DNA from: Schizochytrium sp. TIO01
Lineage: Eukaryota; Protista; Bigyra: Labyrinthulomycetes
Length of the DNA stretch: 64,000 nucleotides
Reading direction: 5' to 3'
NCBI GenBank assembly: GCA_004764695.1
Contig: SMSO01000037.1
Coordinates: forward strand, 4,564,747-4,628,746
This document shows positions 33,806-47,530 of the stretch, one piece after another. Positions within the stretch are counted from its first letter, which is position 1. Each line of letters begins with the position of its first letter. The notes under the pieces were generated by a model that did no database searches, was not told where the DNA came from, and saw nothing but the letters and a program-made list of their open reading frames with translations. Both the position numbers and the translations under genes were made by a program.

Positions 33806-34356
33806 AACTAACTAACAAAAAAAAGAGAAAACTTTAGATTCCTAAATCAACAGATACAAGAAGAAAGCGAACTTAATTGATGAAAATAAGAAATAAATAT
33901 ACCTATAATTGATTAAAAAAATAATAATAACAGTGATAAATGTGGCAAGGAAGTCATGAACGTGGCAATGCAGATCTCAGGCCTCGAATTATGCATCCAT
34001 CCACGTAGGCACGCGCGCGCGAGAGAAGGTCTGCAGCGTACCTCCCTTGTTCATTCCCCTCTTGCAAGTGGTCTTGCTTGCTTACTGTCTATTTGACTCT
34101 GGCTGAGTATGGCCACGTGCACAAACTTGTGAACCCACGTTGAAACACTTGCATCGAACCCGGAAGTTCTCACGCCATGCACGCCCTGCCAGCGCTCCTG
34201 TGGCGATCTTCTCGACAGCGCCAGCCACCTCCTCAGACAAGCAAGCAGGCAAGGTCAAACCGCCGCAATGATCGACATTGATGGATCGTCAAATTTCTCG
34301 CAGAATGTTCATCGGAATCCATCATTTTGTTTTCACGTGCACGCCAACTTTATATT

Positions 34357-34387
<31 letters not shown>

Positions 34388-37374
34388 GGGTAAAATGCCT
34401 AAAATCTTCAAAGAAAAACTCGAGCTTCAATCTCAAGTCTGCGAACCAGGTGGACGCAAGCGACCTGCGCTGCAAAGCTCTCGCCTATCTTCTTGCCTGA
34501 TTGCGTGCAACAAATGCAATTGCAGCAGATAGCTTTTGTTCCTGTCCGCGTACCGATTGGCGGAGGCTCGGAGCTCTCTCACGAGCGTGCTCGCATACGC
34601 TCACGTGCCGCTGCTAACACGTGCACGAAGAAGGCGATGATCGTAATAATAGAGCTGTGAATTCGCCGCAATTGCTTGCCACTAGCTCTAGAGATAGCAA
34701 TAGTGTTAATGGATAGAGCGAGCTGGGCTGGGTGAAGACGGATCGAAGACCAGAGCTGGGCCCACGAAGATTGTCCAAAAACCTTGGCTGAGTTGGGGTG
34801 GCTTGGGTTTATTTAATTTGATTCGTTCTCAAGCTGATAATTATGAGGAGGTGAAGAACACGGGCTTGAAGTCAAAGTTTGCCATTCGTTTCCCACGGCA
34901 AGAGCGAGTTGGGTTATACGGGAATAATCGCCAGCCGAGCGAGGGATTTTTAAAGAGGTAGTGCAGGATCAAATTGAACTTGGTAAAAATGGGGCATCGA
35001 AATACCGCATTCAGATCACTCGTTCCAGGAGAAGCGCGCGTGATGACTCGGATGGGTAAGGAGGTGGATGCGCTGGCAGTAGAAGCATGCGGCACGAGCT
35101 TATGGAGGTTAGTCTCATCAGTCGCGCGGTAGATGCATGTGCTGCAGCATCTGGAATGCTGCAAGATTAAAATCTTTCGCGCATCTACTTCGGTTTGTGA
35201 GCTATATTTCTTCCTTTTGGTTTTAAAAGAAGACAAGTTACCAAGAAACTAAGTAGTAGCATGAAAGGCCCGTGGGCAGCATTTCTTTTGAAAGTAAGAG
35301 TTTATTGTTGATGTTTTAGTTAAAAATAACACTCGTTGTTTTTATACCTTGCCACCTTGGTATGAAAAAAAAAAAAGAGAAGATTTAAAAAAAAAAAAAA
35401 AGAGAAAGAAAAAGAAAAAAAGGAAAGTCTCTTTTCGAGTGCCGAAGTGTCATTTCCCACCATCCTGAAATGAGACAGCTTGCTTAGATCCCTTGTCCTA
35501 AAGAAGTAACCATACGTAGCGTACTTGGTTGTGACGCTTCTGCGCGTGCTCTTCACATTTCAAGGCCGTCCGTTGGGTCTCTCTTCTCTTGTTTGTTTAA
35601 TGTAAAAACTACTAAGAATAGCTCACAGCTCGTAGCTACTTTGATGAGACTTTTATCTCTGAAAATAACTAAAAAAACCACACCAATGGGTAGAAAGTAC
35701 TTAGGTACCTATTATCTACTCTACATGTGAGAAACTCAAGCAATGGGCTGCGTCGCCAAAGAGACGCTTAAGGAAGGAGCAGTGGAAATGGTTGATGTCG
35801 AGGTTGAAATAGTAGACGTTCTAACAGGAGGGATTGAAAAAGAATCAGGAACTTGGATTTATGATTAAAAAGCGAGTGAATGTAAACTTTGGCAGGCATG
35901 AGAGCCTAATTCCTTTTTTGAAAATGTATTCTTCTTCTCACGGCTTCTTCACAAAAGAAATATTTAGTCTAGCCATTTTCGTTTTAAAGGTTGAATTTAG
36001 ATAGGAAAGTGTTAATCTATTATTATTATTATTTGTTTAAAAACATGAAAGGAAGGAAAAAAACTAAATATCAAAAGAATATGCTTTCAAATTGGACAGA
36101 TGAAAACAAGATTGCAGAAATTCTCGTAGAGCAAATCATTGAAAACGACAATCTTCTTCTTCGTTTCTTCATTTGATGAATAGAAAACATGGAAATCTAC
36201 CTCCGTCATTTTGTTGAAAGGAACCTGAAGAAGTGGAAAGAAAAGAGCAAAAAATAAATAAAAATCGAAATGAGCGGAAAAGGATAGAAAATAAACCGGG
36301 CTAGAGTAAAAGAAAGAAAAGAGAGAGAGAGAGAGAGAGAGAGTGACGACCCTTTTTGACGCCCATGCTTCGAGTCATTCAATCGTTTTTTTGTGAGCGA
36401 GCTGGGCGAGACACGGGCCCGCCAAAGTAGCGTTGTCCTGCGACAGTGGTGGCGTCACTGTATATCGACAGCGACTTGTTGATCCTCGCTTGTTAGACTG
36501 CTCTGCACATGTCAACATTGATTTCGTGATAGTATAAAACTCTATAGAGCAAAAGCAAAAAAAGAAACGTCTTTTTCTTGCATGCACACAAATCAAATTA
36601 AATCAAATCCATCAAATTAACTAACTCACAAAGAACACTTATAAGGTGCCTGAGAACAAAACTTAGAAAACAAACAAACAAACAAACACGAGCATGCTTC
36701 AAATATTCAAGAAACGGCGGGGGGGCAGACACTAAGAGCAACTCGGAAAGAGCATCAACAAAGAAGGCCTCTGCGGGTTTGGGGCAACGAGGAAAACGAG
36801 TAGGCACATGATGTCTATGAAAATACTCTCGTTCCTTTTCGTGCCCTTTCTTCACGTTCGATGGGGAGATTCCCTCCATTTCCTTCCATTACCTGTACTA
36901 CAAGAAAGCCCAACAAACACTACATTCCCTAGAATCCATAGATAAGGTAGTGAGTGGGTAAGCAAGATCACACCAATCTTGGTCGACTCGTCTCGAGCAA
37001 TGTAGGATCGGATATATGGATTTGGGAAGGGATAAGCTCTGTCAATTTGTCGTTTGTTTGCTTATTTGCTTATTATTCGTTCGTTCGTTTGTTTGTTTGT
37101 TATGAATGCTTCAAGGTTCTGTGAGATCGATCGAAAAAAGTATCGATCTTTGCAAGAGGAAGGAAGGAGGGAAGGAGGGAAGGTGTCCTCAGTCTTTGTG
37201 GGAGGTTCTCTCGAAGGCACCATAGAACTCGCACAAACCCACCGGGCATCAAGATCCGCAATCTTCTCGCAGGAAGGCCAGAAACACGAGGTCTCCGCGA
37301 GTGTGTCGGTCCCGCGCGTTAATTACCTCGAGGCTAAAGTTGTAAGCTACTTCTGCAGGTGCAGCTCGAACGAA

Positions 37375-37416
37375 GACCAAGACCAAGACCAAGACCAAGA
37401 CCAAGACCAAGACCAA
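37375..37416. repeat. Perfect (GACCAA)7 microsatellite
   Basis: Directly visible. Confidence 0.95.
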
Positions 37417-37831
37417 GGCGAAAGCGAGCAGCCAGTTGGATACCAGCTTCGTGGCCCGAACCAGCAAGCCAAGCTGGAGAAAGTCGCGCAAGCTGGCACG
37501 CACGTTCACAAGTCATCACCCTGGGCACAGACTGCACAGACTGCGTTGAATGCAATGCAATGCGTGGCGCAAATTGTTGCCTGCAAAATGATGCCTGGAA
37601 AATTAATTCACAAGGGCGTTCGATCGATGTGGACGGAGCAATATTTAAGGCACCGCTTTGGTCGGGCTTCTCCTTGTTCATGGGCGCAAGCGAGCGAGCT
37701 AGCGAGCTCCAGCGTGATCCGCTCCGCTCGCTGGGTCTTGAAGCTCTTTCCCGAAAGCGAGTGCCGCCGCTCCGATCTTGGCAGGCGACTTGAGCGGATT
37801 AGTTTGTTCTCTTCTACGTCACTCACTGGCA

Positions 37832-37869
<38 letters not shown>
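37832..37869. repeat. (GCT)n microsatellite
   Basis: Directly visible. Confidence 0.95.
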
Positions 37870-38176
37870 GTCTACCGGCACGGAGTCGGCGACCCCAAGC
37901 AGCGGGTATCCAGGAAGACTGCCTCTTTCGCTCTTGGAAATCGACAATGTAGCCATCCATCTATCAACAACTCCTCGATTCCAACTTGGGCGAGCTGATC
38001 TATATCTCACAAGTGAGGATCGGCGGCGCATGGCTCACGCACGAGTGCGTTCATGACAAAATTCCAAAGCGGCACTGCCTTTCTGGAGCGAGGCGGGCTC
38101 TTTCGAGGGCAGGCTCTGGAGATTTAGCCCCCAAAATGTTGCGCAGACTCCCCCAAATCCACAGAGCTCGCCTGGG

Positions 38177-38352
38177 AAACGAAATGAGACGAAATGTAAC
38201 AAAGCGAATGCAACTCAACGCAATTCAACGCATTTCGATGCGATGCAATTCAACGCAATGCATTGTAATAATGCAATGTGATGCAATGTGATGCAATGTA
38301 ATGGAATTCAATGAAATGTAATGCAATGCGATGAAATGTAATGCAATGCGAT
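38177..38352. repeat. Degenerate pentamer repeat (AATGC/GATGC/AATGT family)
   Basis: 5-bp periodicity visible across ~175 bp. Confidence 0.85.
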
Positions 38353-38884
38353 GAGCGAGATGGAATCAAGCAGGTTCCTGTCGCCCGCCGGCGGAAGTCC
38401 GAGTCTCCGCTTCTTCCTGCGAGCCCGGTGCTTGCAGGCCGTGAAGAACCGCGCGGAATGCACGATACGAATGTCGCCGCTTGCGCTGTCGGCCTTTGCA
38501 GGCAGGCAGATAGACAGACACTTGGAAATTGGACGGAGTTTCTTCTGTACGATTAGAGCCTTTTAGTCCTAAGAATAATGTAATTCGCTATGAACTGTGA
38601 AGGAGTCGAAAATAAATAAATAAAGTGTTAGTGCATTATAGTTTCCATTTTTCTTACTCTCGAGTTTGTTTTATGGTTATAATTTTCTATCATTAAAATA
38701 AAGTGTTGTAGTTAAATAAATTCATTTGTTCATTTGACCATATGAAGAAGGTACATGCGAATTCTTGTCGAACGAGGAGGATGAAATTGCACGAGAGGAT
38801 TCTGGCGCAGAAAGAACCCTGGTGGAAGGACTGCGCGACGTCACCACCACGAACTCGCTCACTCGCTCGCTTCCAGGCGTATGC

Positions 38885-40029
38885 TCAAAGAGCCTTTCTT
38901 CCTTTGTCTCTTTCTTCAAGGACAAGCAAGTTAGTTCCTGCTCTGTGAGCGGCGGCGACGGCTATATCGGTGCCATCAGAGCATCGTGAGGCATGGCGCA
39001 GACTTTGCTCAGCGAAGGCCTCGGAGCGAGGCGAGATCCTCTGCGGGAACTTCGCCAAGAGCTCCTCGAACAGCCTGCTGCCGAAATGCGCGAGACCTGA
39101 CCTCAAGGGGAACTTCTTGACAAGTTGAATGGTCGAGGAAGTGACAAGCCAGCAACGTCAAAAACAAGAACTAGAACTCGGAAGACCTTCTCGTTCCGGG
39201 ACCATGCTCGACAGCTTGGAGAACGGAGCGGCACGCTGCAGGGCTCTCGGAACGGCTGTCTGTTCACTCGTCTTTCTTCTTAGAGCGTGCGCTCAAGCTC
39301 TGAGCCACGCCGACTTCCACCGTCGCAGGCCTTGAGGTCGGTCGCCCATCATCTCCTCCACGGCGAAAGAGTCCTTTGCTTTGCTTCAACTCCGTGAGCG
39401 GAGCGTCTTCAAGAGCATCTTCTTCAAGGGCGCCGGTGCGTGCATGCATACTGAAACGAACGGGAGCCAACATCGCGAGACGAACTTGAGGTCGAAGATC
39501 TTGGGCTCGCCGCACAGGAAGATGGCGGATGGTTCCTGCCGGGTCGAACGGGCGGCAGGCTCATCGAGAGGAGAGAGTCGTTCCCCACGCTCGCTTGCAG
39601 CCGGTTCTGTCTGCGAGCAGCAGAGTGGTGGCGCGGCGCACGTTCTCTTTGGTGATTGGGGATACAGACATGCCATCGCCGACCGCTTCAGCAGACAAGG
39701 AGGCAGGAACCGCGCAGCGCGAGGGAACAAACAGGAGGCAAGGACCCTGCATTTGCACATGTTCCGGCACGTTACGGAGAAGCTCGAAGCTTTCGGGCTC
39801 CTCCAATGCATGTTTCTTTGGCAGCAAGCTTGCTTGCAATGCGAGCTTGCTTGCTTGGAGGAGGAGGAGAAACCACGATCGAAGTTGAGGCCGCGCCTCC
39901 CCAATTCGGCCTCTCTGCAGGCACGATGGTCGCGTGGTGCATCGTTCCCAAGTTCGCGAGCGCGGCCTTGTCTGGGTCCTGGACGTCTTCGTCGTTGTCT
40001 TTGATAGTTGCAGGGTTACTCAGGCTCAT
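38885..40029 (-). pseudogene. Possible eroded gene: chain of coding-like minus-strand fragments
   Basis: ORF-track fragments 39561-39839 and 39264-39515 share a frame; neighbours 39772-40029 and 38885-39106 are in other frames. GC-rich, almost microsatellite-free block. No family recognised. Confidence 0.25.
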
Positions 40030-42369
40030 CTATTTATAAAACTTAGTCGGGATTTGATGTCGTTTCTTCAATTTGGACGATTTTGGTCTTCGCGACATCT
40101 GGCGCAAAGGCACTCGTGGACCGAGCTGTGCTGTTCTCGAGCTAGAGACAGGTGCGTGCAACCCGGTCGGCCAGATAGCCTGCTCCATCCGCACTCGAAA
40201 CCCTGCCGTCTGCGCCCCTGGGCATTTCGGCGTCTGGCATTTGGCAACTTCCTCCACCAACACCACCATCAGAAGAAGACGGCGGAGTTTGGGAGAATCC
40301 AACCAACCAAAGCAAAAGAAAGAAGCACCGTTGAGGAAAGGAAACCACTAAAAGCATAAACAAAATCAAAATGACAAAGGAGGATGAATCAATGATGCAA
40401 AGTTCCTCCAAGATCTTCACCTCCTCTGTCACGACCATGAATTCTGCTCCACTTCGCAGCCAGCTCCACCCGCACGCCATTCAGAGGAGACCCGACGTAG
40501 CGCTCACAGGCGCACTGAGCAGCACAGTATATACGCCCTCAGCGAGTGGAGGAGCGAAAGAAGGCAAGTAAGCAAGCAAGCAAGTAAGTAAGTAAGTAAG
40601 TAGGCGCGAGCTGGATGTCCCATTTGCAATTTCAATAGAGGCCTGCTGTACGCATATAAATGAAACTTAGACAATTTTGCAAAGCATTTTAATAAAAACA
40701 TAAAATTATGAAAATAAATTATAAAAAGAGTAAAAACTTGCATATTTATTTATTCCCACGAAAAGACTGGAGCTTAGAAGACACTAGCTACTGCTATTTG
40801 TGTCTCTGCTTTCTACGATGGTCTCTCTCCGTCTGTTTGCAGGTTAGTCATGGGGCGCCATCTTGGCGATCTTGATTGAGCTCTCGATCGCCGGCAGATG
40901 AGAGATGAGATGGTTCAAGTTGGGTGAGTGGAGCCGTGTTGGGGACAAGGGCCTGCCTGAGATAGAGCCTGCGATGGAGGATTGAAATTGTTCAGGGAAG
41001 TGGCGGAAGACCGCGAGAGGGGGAAGGAAGGAGACATGGAATGTCAGCAGCGTCAGCGGTGATCTTGAATCGCAGGAGCTGCCAACTCGAATTTGCCGTG
41101 TCTTCGTGGAGCTCTTCTTCTTCTTGTTCTTCTTGCTACTCGGATGAACTTCGTTTGCTCCGGAGCAAGATGCAGGCAAGGAAGATTGTCTTAACCATGG
41201 GGGGCTTCATTCGTTATTGAGTCAGGCCGCGATTGATAAATATCAGTGACTCTGGTCTGAGCGAACATAATGTACGATAAAGTGCTTTACAAATGCAGGT
41301 GCAGATGCAGATGCAACTAGAAATATCAAGGCCATTGCCAAGTGCCATGCAGGAGGTAAGTTCGAACGACACCTAAACAAGGTCTAGAACGACGTCAGTA
41401 TTTTCCAGAGCACGAGTCCCTCGAGGCTGAAAACATTGTCTTGCTGCGAAAGGGAAGACAATTAGGTGCAGCTTCCAGGATTTTGAGCAAATAGATTGAC
41501 GTATTCAGCCGTATTCACTGCTTTATAAAGGTGCTCCAACTCGTCGGATCAGGGCGTCTCGCTGGCCACCTTTTGCATGATTTCTGCATAGGAGTTGATA
41601 CAAACCCAAGGCCTTGACCTGCACCGTCTCAATCACAATTTCTTTTTTTGTCGGCACATTTGGCCTGCTATAAATTGCAATTTTGGCTGACGCAAAGCCC
41701 CAAAATGCGGAAACCAAGCATGCATGCCACACCGACCAGGGTGCCCTGAGATGGACCTACCACTCTCCAAAGAACTTCGCTCGGAAGAATAGGATCTTCT
41801 TTTTCGCACGCAATGAGAATCGCGGGAGCGAGGTCCTCGCCTGAGAAATCGCTGATTCTTGCAATTTGTGAGTTCAATTGCTTCCTGTAAAGGATTGATG
41901 TTGCGATTCACAAGCAACGAAACGACAACAACACTCACAAAAGCAGCAGAGGTCTTGATTTAATGAAAGGCGAAGAATAAAAAAACCGTCGTGCAAGTGC
42001 GCTCACGCGTCTCCTCGCCACGATGTTACCATGACATCTCAGTGAATGACTGCTGATTTACAAATGATGCGTAATTTAATGATTTTACCAGATGAGCTGT
42101 CTTTTTGGGCGTTTAGGAAGAAGGAAGTCGGGCATTGGGGAGGCGTGGTGCCGTCTTCCTCCTCGTTGGCGTGCTGCTCTCTCGCAGATCCTCAGGAGGT
42201 AGTGGGCGTGAGCCGTGCTTGCGAATCGGAGTCCATCCCCTGAGCTGATACAGTAGCACAATGACAACGTTATTCACGCTCTAGAAAAAATAGTGATCTC
42301 CTTGCTTGCTTTCTATTCTCTCTTAAAAAAAAGTATTATGTTTTAATTTTATTTTAAAGTATAAAACTC

Positions 42370-42371
42370 GA

Positions 42372-42411
<40 letters not shown>

Positions 42412-42413
42412 AA
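42370..42413. repeat. (GAAA)n microsatellite
   Basis: Directly visible. Confidence 0.95.
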
Positions 42414-43340
42414 ACCCAAATAGCCGGAAAATAGATGTTAGTTTCTCGCAGTTTCGCCACTACTGCTTTCATGACGGTGCTACTAATTCAACATTAGAAT
42501 CACAATCCATTCGTGAGAATAAAAGCAAAAAAGTTGATCGTAAATTGAAATAGCAAACAGGCCAAACAAGTTCCTGTGTCACTATTCGTATCAATCCCCA
42601 GTGAAGGAACCAACCCTCAGAGCTTTTCTATCCCTCCCGCCCTCCTTGCGCTTGCTCACGTAGAACCTACCTACACCCAGCTAGGAGCGGCCATTTTGGC
42701 GCATGAGATGATTTTCCACAGTAATCTCCAATTCATGGCATCTGAAATAACCAATTTGGCTAAAAGCTTGTTCAACCCTGTGAGGAATTGGAATTTCCTG
42801 CAAATCGCTAGCTAGAGTCAATTTACTTAGTTCATAAACTCATCCTCTTCCCAGGCCAGGTCCAGGCCGGCGAGCATTTATCTACCTGCGGCTAGTTCTC
42901 CAGCCACATGCGTGGGTCTATCATCTGTGCTGTCTAATTCGCAACTTCTAACTAATCTGCGATTCTGGTGAATTGACACGATCTAAAGGCGCCTTCTCTA
43001 TGATAGCGACCTCAGAGGGGGAAGGTCCTCTGCGGACTCTTAGCGTTAGGGATAGCCAAGACATAGCCTCCTCGGGAGCCGCCACGGATTGGCGACACCT
43101 CAATAATTCGGCAGTGATGAGACTTCGTCATTCTACCTGAGAAGAAACAGTAAAGTGCTAAGGTACTAAGCAGCAAATTATGATGAATGAATGAATGAAT
43201 GAGTCAATGAATGAATGATGAGAGCACTCACGTTGAGCTAAAGATCCTCGCAAAGGCTTTGCAGGAAGACGCTTGAGGAAGATAAGGCAAGGGCAGCGAA
43301 AAGAGATGAATAAAACACTGCCTCCTCCTCTACTCTTGGA

Positions 43341-43448
43341 TTTGTTTTGTTTTGTTTTGTCTTGTTTTGTTTGTTTTGTCCTGTTTTGTTTGTTTGTTTG
43401 TTTGTTTGTTTGTTTGTTTGTTTGTTTGTTTGTTTGTTTGTTTGTTTG

Positions 43449-43479
<31 letters not shown>
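43341..43479. repeat. Compound (TTTTG)n/(TTTG)n/(TGAT)n microsatellite
   Basis: Directly visible. Confidence 0.95.
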
Positions 43480-46400
43480 AAAGTTGGCAGGGCCCGTGTC
43501 CGGTTTCCTCAGTGCAAATGAATGAATGAATGAATGAATGAGTATCTGTTCCAGCTTGATCGGAGCGTATCAACACAGATCGGCACCAATGCTAGGAGGA
43601 TGAGGAAGCTTTTCGTCACCTATTCAAGAATAGAAAAGTTAAAAAGAGGGAGTATGATTAATAAAGAACATTAAATAAAATAAAAAGTTACAAAGTGATG
43701 ATGATAATGTAATTTTATGCAATGCAGAGGCAGGAATGAAAGGAGGGTTCTCGACTTGGAATTATTCAAGCATAGGGGAAAGGATACATCGCTTGAGTTC
43801 CGTCTTGGCAACGTTCCCGATAGATGAGGTTCGGGAGACACTCTCTCTTTTAATAAAACTAGGTGCCCCTCCAGGGCTTAGCTTGGGGATCTCAGGTTCT
43901 GCCCGCAGACATAAGAAGGATTTGAGTTAAATAAGAAAAATCACTTGAGTTTAAAAAGAAATAATAGGTCGTACATAGACTTGCTGGAAAGGCTCTGTCC
44001 CGATTGAAAGGCTTATTAAAAGTACTATATAGAATATATAGAGAGCATTCTTTGAATATTTTAATTTAAAAGAAAGAAGGAAACGCTCCTTAACTTTGGG
44101 AAGTTTATCATTGTTCTTTTATTATTCTGATTATTCTCTCTCTATATATGTATACATAATATTGGAGTAAATTATTTTGATTTGTATTAAAAACGTTTTT
44201 TAAAATATTGCAATCCCAAGACTTTTAAACTCAAAGTTTTGCTCGAATCGGAGAGCGACTCCAAATCACTTCATTCGTTACAATTGTACGCACCCGTAGC
44301 CCCGTTACTATTGCTATCCATGATCAGCGTCATGAGCAGCACTAAGAAGAACAGGAGAAGCACAAAACAGCCTCGTTTATTAGCAGTGCGCTGGATTTTC
44401 GCGCTCTAGATCGATGAGACAGTCAGCGCGAGAACAAAAGCATCCACCGAAGGGCATGCGGATACTGGCGCACGTCGAGTCAGTTTGCCACGACTGCCAC
44501 CGTCGCACTTGTAAACTTGTGACGAAGAAACCAAGAGTTACTAGTCCTATCACGATGCCTTGGGAAGCGACAATCTATAGAAATTTCGTATCCCAAGCTA
44601 CTGTGAAAGATGTTGTGTGATGCTTGGAGATACTGGCGCTAGTTACTCTTAAATCTCGAAACCAAATAATGCTGCTCCGAGGCGCCCTCGGACCGGTTCT
44701 TTTGCTCGTCTCGTAATTAATTTTCATGAGCTCGTCAGACGTACAAGTTGTCTTTCGAAAGCCCGCGCGGATTGCAATCCAAGTTTAAATATTGTCCTGA
44801 CTCCCGCCTTTGTGATGCTGGCTAGCCCTTTTAACATTGCACTGTGTCACATTATATTGCAATGTGATGAATGCAATAGCGCACTTCACTCTTTGTTCCC
44901 ACCCGAGCGAGCTGTGTCCAGAACTCTCCAGGGCGAATTGAAGAGTCAGGCGACTTCGCCGCACGTGCTTGGACAATCATGTTCTTCAGGCTCTTCTCAG
45001 TTGAACTCAAATGAACTCATTTCTCCTCGCCAGATTGCAATCGTTGATTCCAATACAGCTACGGAGACGATCGATCTCTGCAAACCAGCCGCGGTCCGGG
45101 CCTCCTCCTCGCTCCTACCAGACTCTCCTCAATATCCATCTATATCAGATAACCATATTACTCAGTTTGGTACTTCGGCACCACCCACGATAGTGGCTGC
45201 GGGTGCCCATTCACACTTTTATAATTTTATGATGTCGTGCATTCATCGGCCTTCGCACGTGCTGGAAAAAGAGGGGTATGGTGCGCGTTAGGAAGATGCT
45301 AAACGCAGCAAATGTGATCGCCAGAGAGGCGTTTTGCAGGAAAGACGTCCAAAGTGCCCCAAGCTGGCCTTCCACGCGAGGCAGATTGGCCAATTGAGAA
45401 ATACCATGGGTTGCTAAGCGGTGCGAGGAATGGAGATATCGCTCGTTCTTGCAGACGGTATTGGAGTCTTTCTATATGGTGGCCAGCTTGGTGGGCGGAC
45501 CGTCTTGTCGACGCTTGGTGGGATATTCATGCTAGTGCTGCGAGGAAGAATTGAGGGAGTCGGACCCGTCTTTGAGGTGGGCTGGACCCAGTGCGGAAGT
45601 GGATGCAAAGGAGCCTCGTTCATCTTGGACACTTCAGAACCTCTTATTATATAACATCGCTATCAAATGTCAGCCAGCTCACGCGAGAGCTGCAAGGACC
45701 CGGAGGATGATGTCGAGATGGACGGCAGCGCGATTGGTAGGGGCAGTGGCAGCTGGTTTGTTGAAGGCGAGTTCGGGATCAACTGTGGCTGGCTGAAGAG
45801 GACGTGGACGCTTGGAGTCCGTGTCCACTTTCTGCGATCAATCGAGCGATTCTTCTTCTACATTCTGCAGAATGCATTTTGCAATTTTTCCAGTTTGTCA
45901 TCTGCCACGGTTAATTTATCTTGTTCTTGCAAAGGTTGAATTTTTGGCAATAACGAACGCTGTTCTGCTCAGTTTTCAGAGACATCGCGGTGGGAAGACC
46001 AGGGCGTGGGCAGGGAACGAGACTACCCAGTATTTGTTTTCAGTTTCTGGAGAGTAACAGCGGCGCGTTTGCAGAAAGGCTAGATATGTTGGAAAGAGTC
46101 CTCTGAGAATAATTTCGAGGTTCGCTTTCTGGTTTCCAGAATCTCCTGCGAAAAACCTTCTGCTGAAGATGTTCTGCAGCGCTGCAAACGAGCAGCTGCT
46201 AGTACAAGCCAGCAGAAAAAGAAAAAGAAACAACAAAAAACTGAAAGCTTGACGAAACCATCACAGATTTAGCCAGCCATGCCTTCCCTCGCCCGCTTGA
46301 AAGTGCAGACCGTCTCGAGCTCCTCGGAATCTAGCTAGGAACGAATGATTGGTTACGCCAAGGAAATCGGCGTAGCAGACGCTGTTTTTGATTTCGGCAA

Positions 46401-47460
46401 AGCTTGAGCAATCGAATAGATGCTCAACTTCTCGCGCGATCGTTTACAAACTTTCCATTCATTCACTCATTCATTCGCTCGATTCTTCGATTTTCCGTTT
46501 CGGTTTCTTTCATCTAAAAAACTTTTGCAGAAGGAAATAATAATAATAATAATAACAATACTACTATGAAAAATAATTATCGTAAAAAGTTTTAATTAAA
46601 TAAAAATAATATTGGCTTTCCGGCTTCAAAGTGAGTGAGTGCTGTTACTAACTTTACATTTTTCAACTGAAAGCGGCAGTCAGCGGAAACCTTCGCAGAG
46701 GTGGCCGCGGAAGCGCTGTTGCCGCTCGATCGCGTAGAGAGATGGCCCGTGTCCAGCCAGCCAGCCAACTAGCCACCTCAGCTTAATTTCTTCTTCTGGT
46801 TCTCGTGCTTTTTCATGTTCGGGTTTTATTTCTCGCTATAACGCGGCACAACCCAAATAGAGAAGATGTCCCATATAAACAAACAAACAAACAAACATAC
46901 ATACATAAAATACATACTTAACGTAGTACAATTCTGGCTGCGCAGACGTCAACATCTCCAGGCGCGATCGCTCAAGTGTCCTTCACGACGCTGCGATTTA
47001 TGCCGCCGGCATGCGCCTCCGCGAGCCTCGAAGTGGCCCTGCGTCCAGCCTCGCCCAGCCTCGGATCACGAGGCCTCGGGCGCCACTGTAGACTTGCTTG
47101 GAGCGGCATGTGTTGTTCTCTCTCCAGCCATTGCCTATCTGCAAAGTTATTCATGAGAACGAGGCTTCTTCTGTTCTTGTTCTGTTCCTTTTGTTCTTCT
47201 TGTTCTTTCGCCTGTTCCTCCCTCATAAATGAACGAGGAGGCGTGCTGTTCGTTGGGTTGCTGGAGTGACCGAAGCGATTGCGCAGGGCCAACCAAACAA
47301 TCGAGCGAACATCGGTACGGGGCTGTCTACCCCTCAGCAAAGCGCAGGAGACTGAAGGGCTCTGACCAAGAATTGCAAGTAAAGCAGGAGTCCAGTTCTT
47401 ATCCATGGCTAACCAAACAAAAGACAAGAACAAGACAAGAACAGAACAGCCGTAGGCAGC

Positions 47461-47530
47461 AAAAGAAAGAAAAGAAATGAAAAGAAAAGAAAAGAAAAGA
47501 AAAGAAAAGGGAAAATAAGAAGAAAAGAAA
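47461..47530. repeat. (GAAAA)n purine tract
   Basis: Directly visible. Confidence 0.9.

Noticed and set aside
37054-37998. 314-aa ORF, the longest in the desert
   Set aside because: Non-ATG start, passes through (GACCAA)7 and (GCT)n giving poly-DQ and poly-C runs, and has no recognisable domain.
43540-43552. AGTATCTGTTC resembling part of U2 snRNA
   Set aside because: An 11-nt match abutting a (GAAT)n tract; the U2 5' stem and branch-pairing context are absent.
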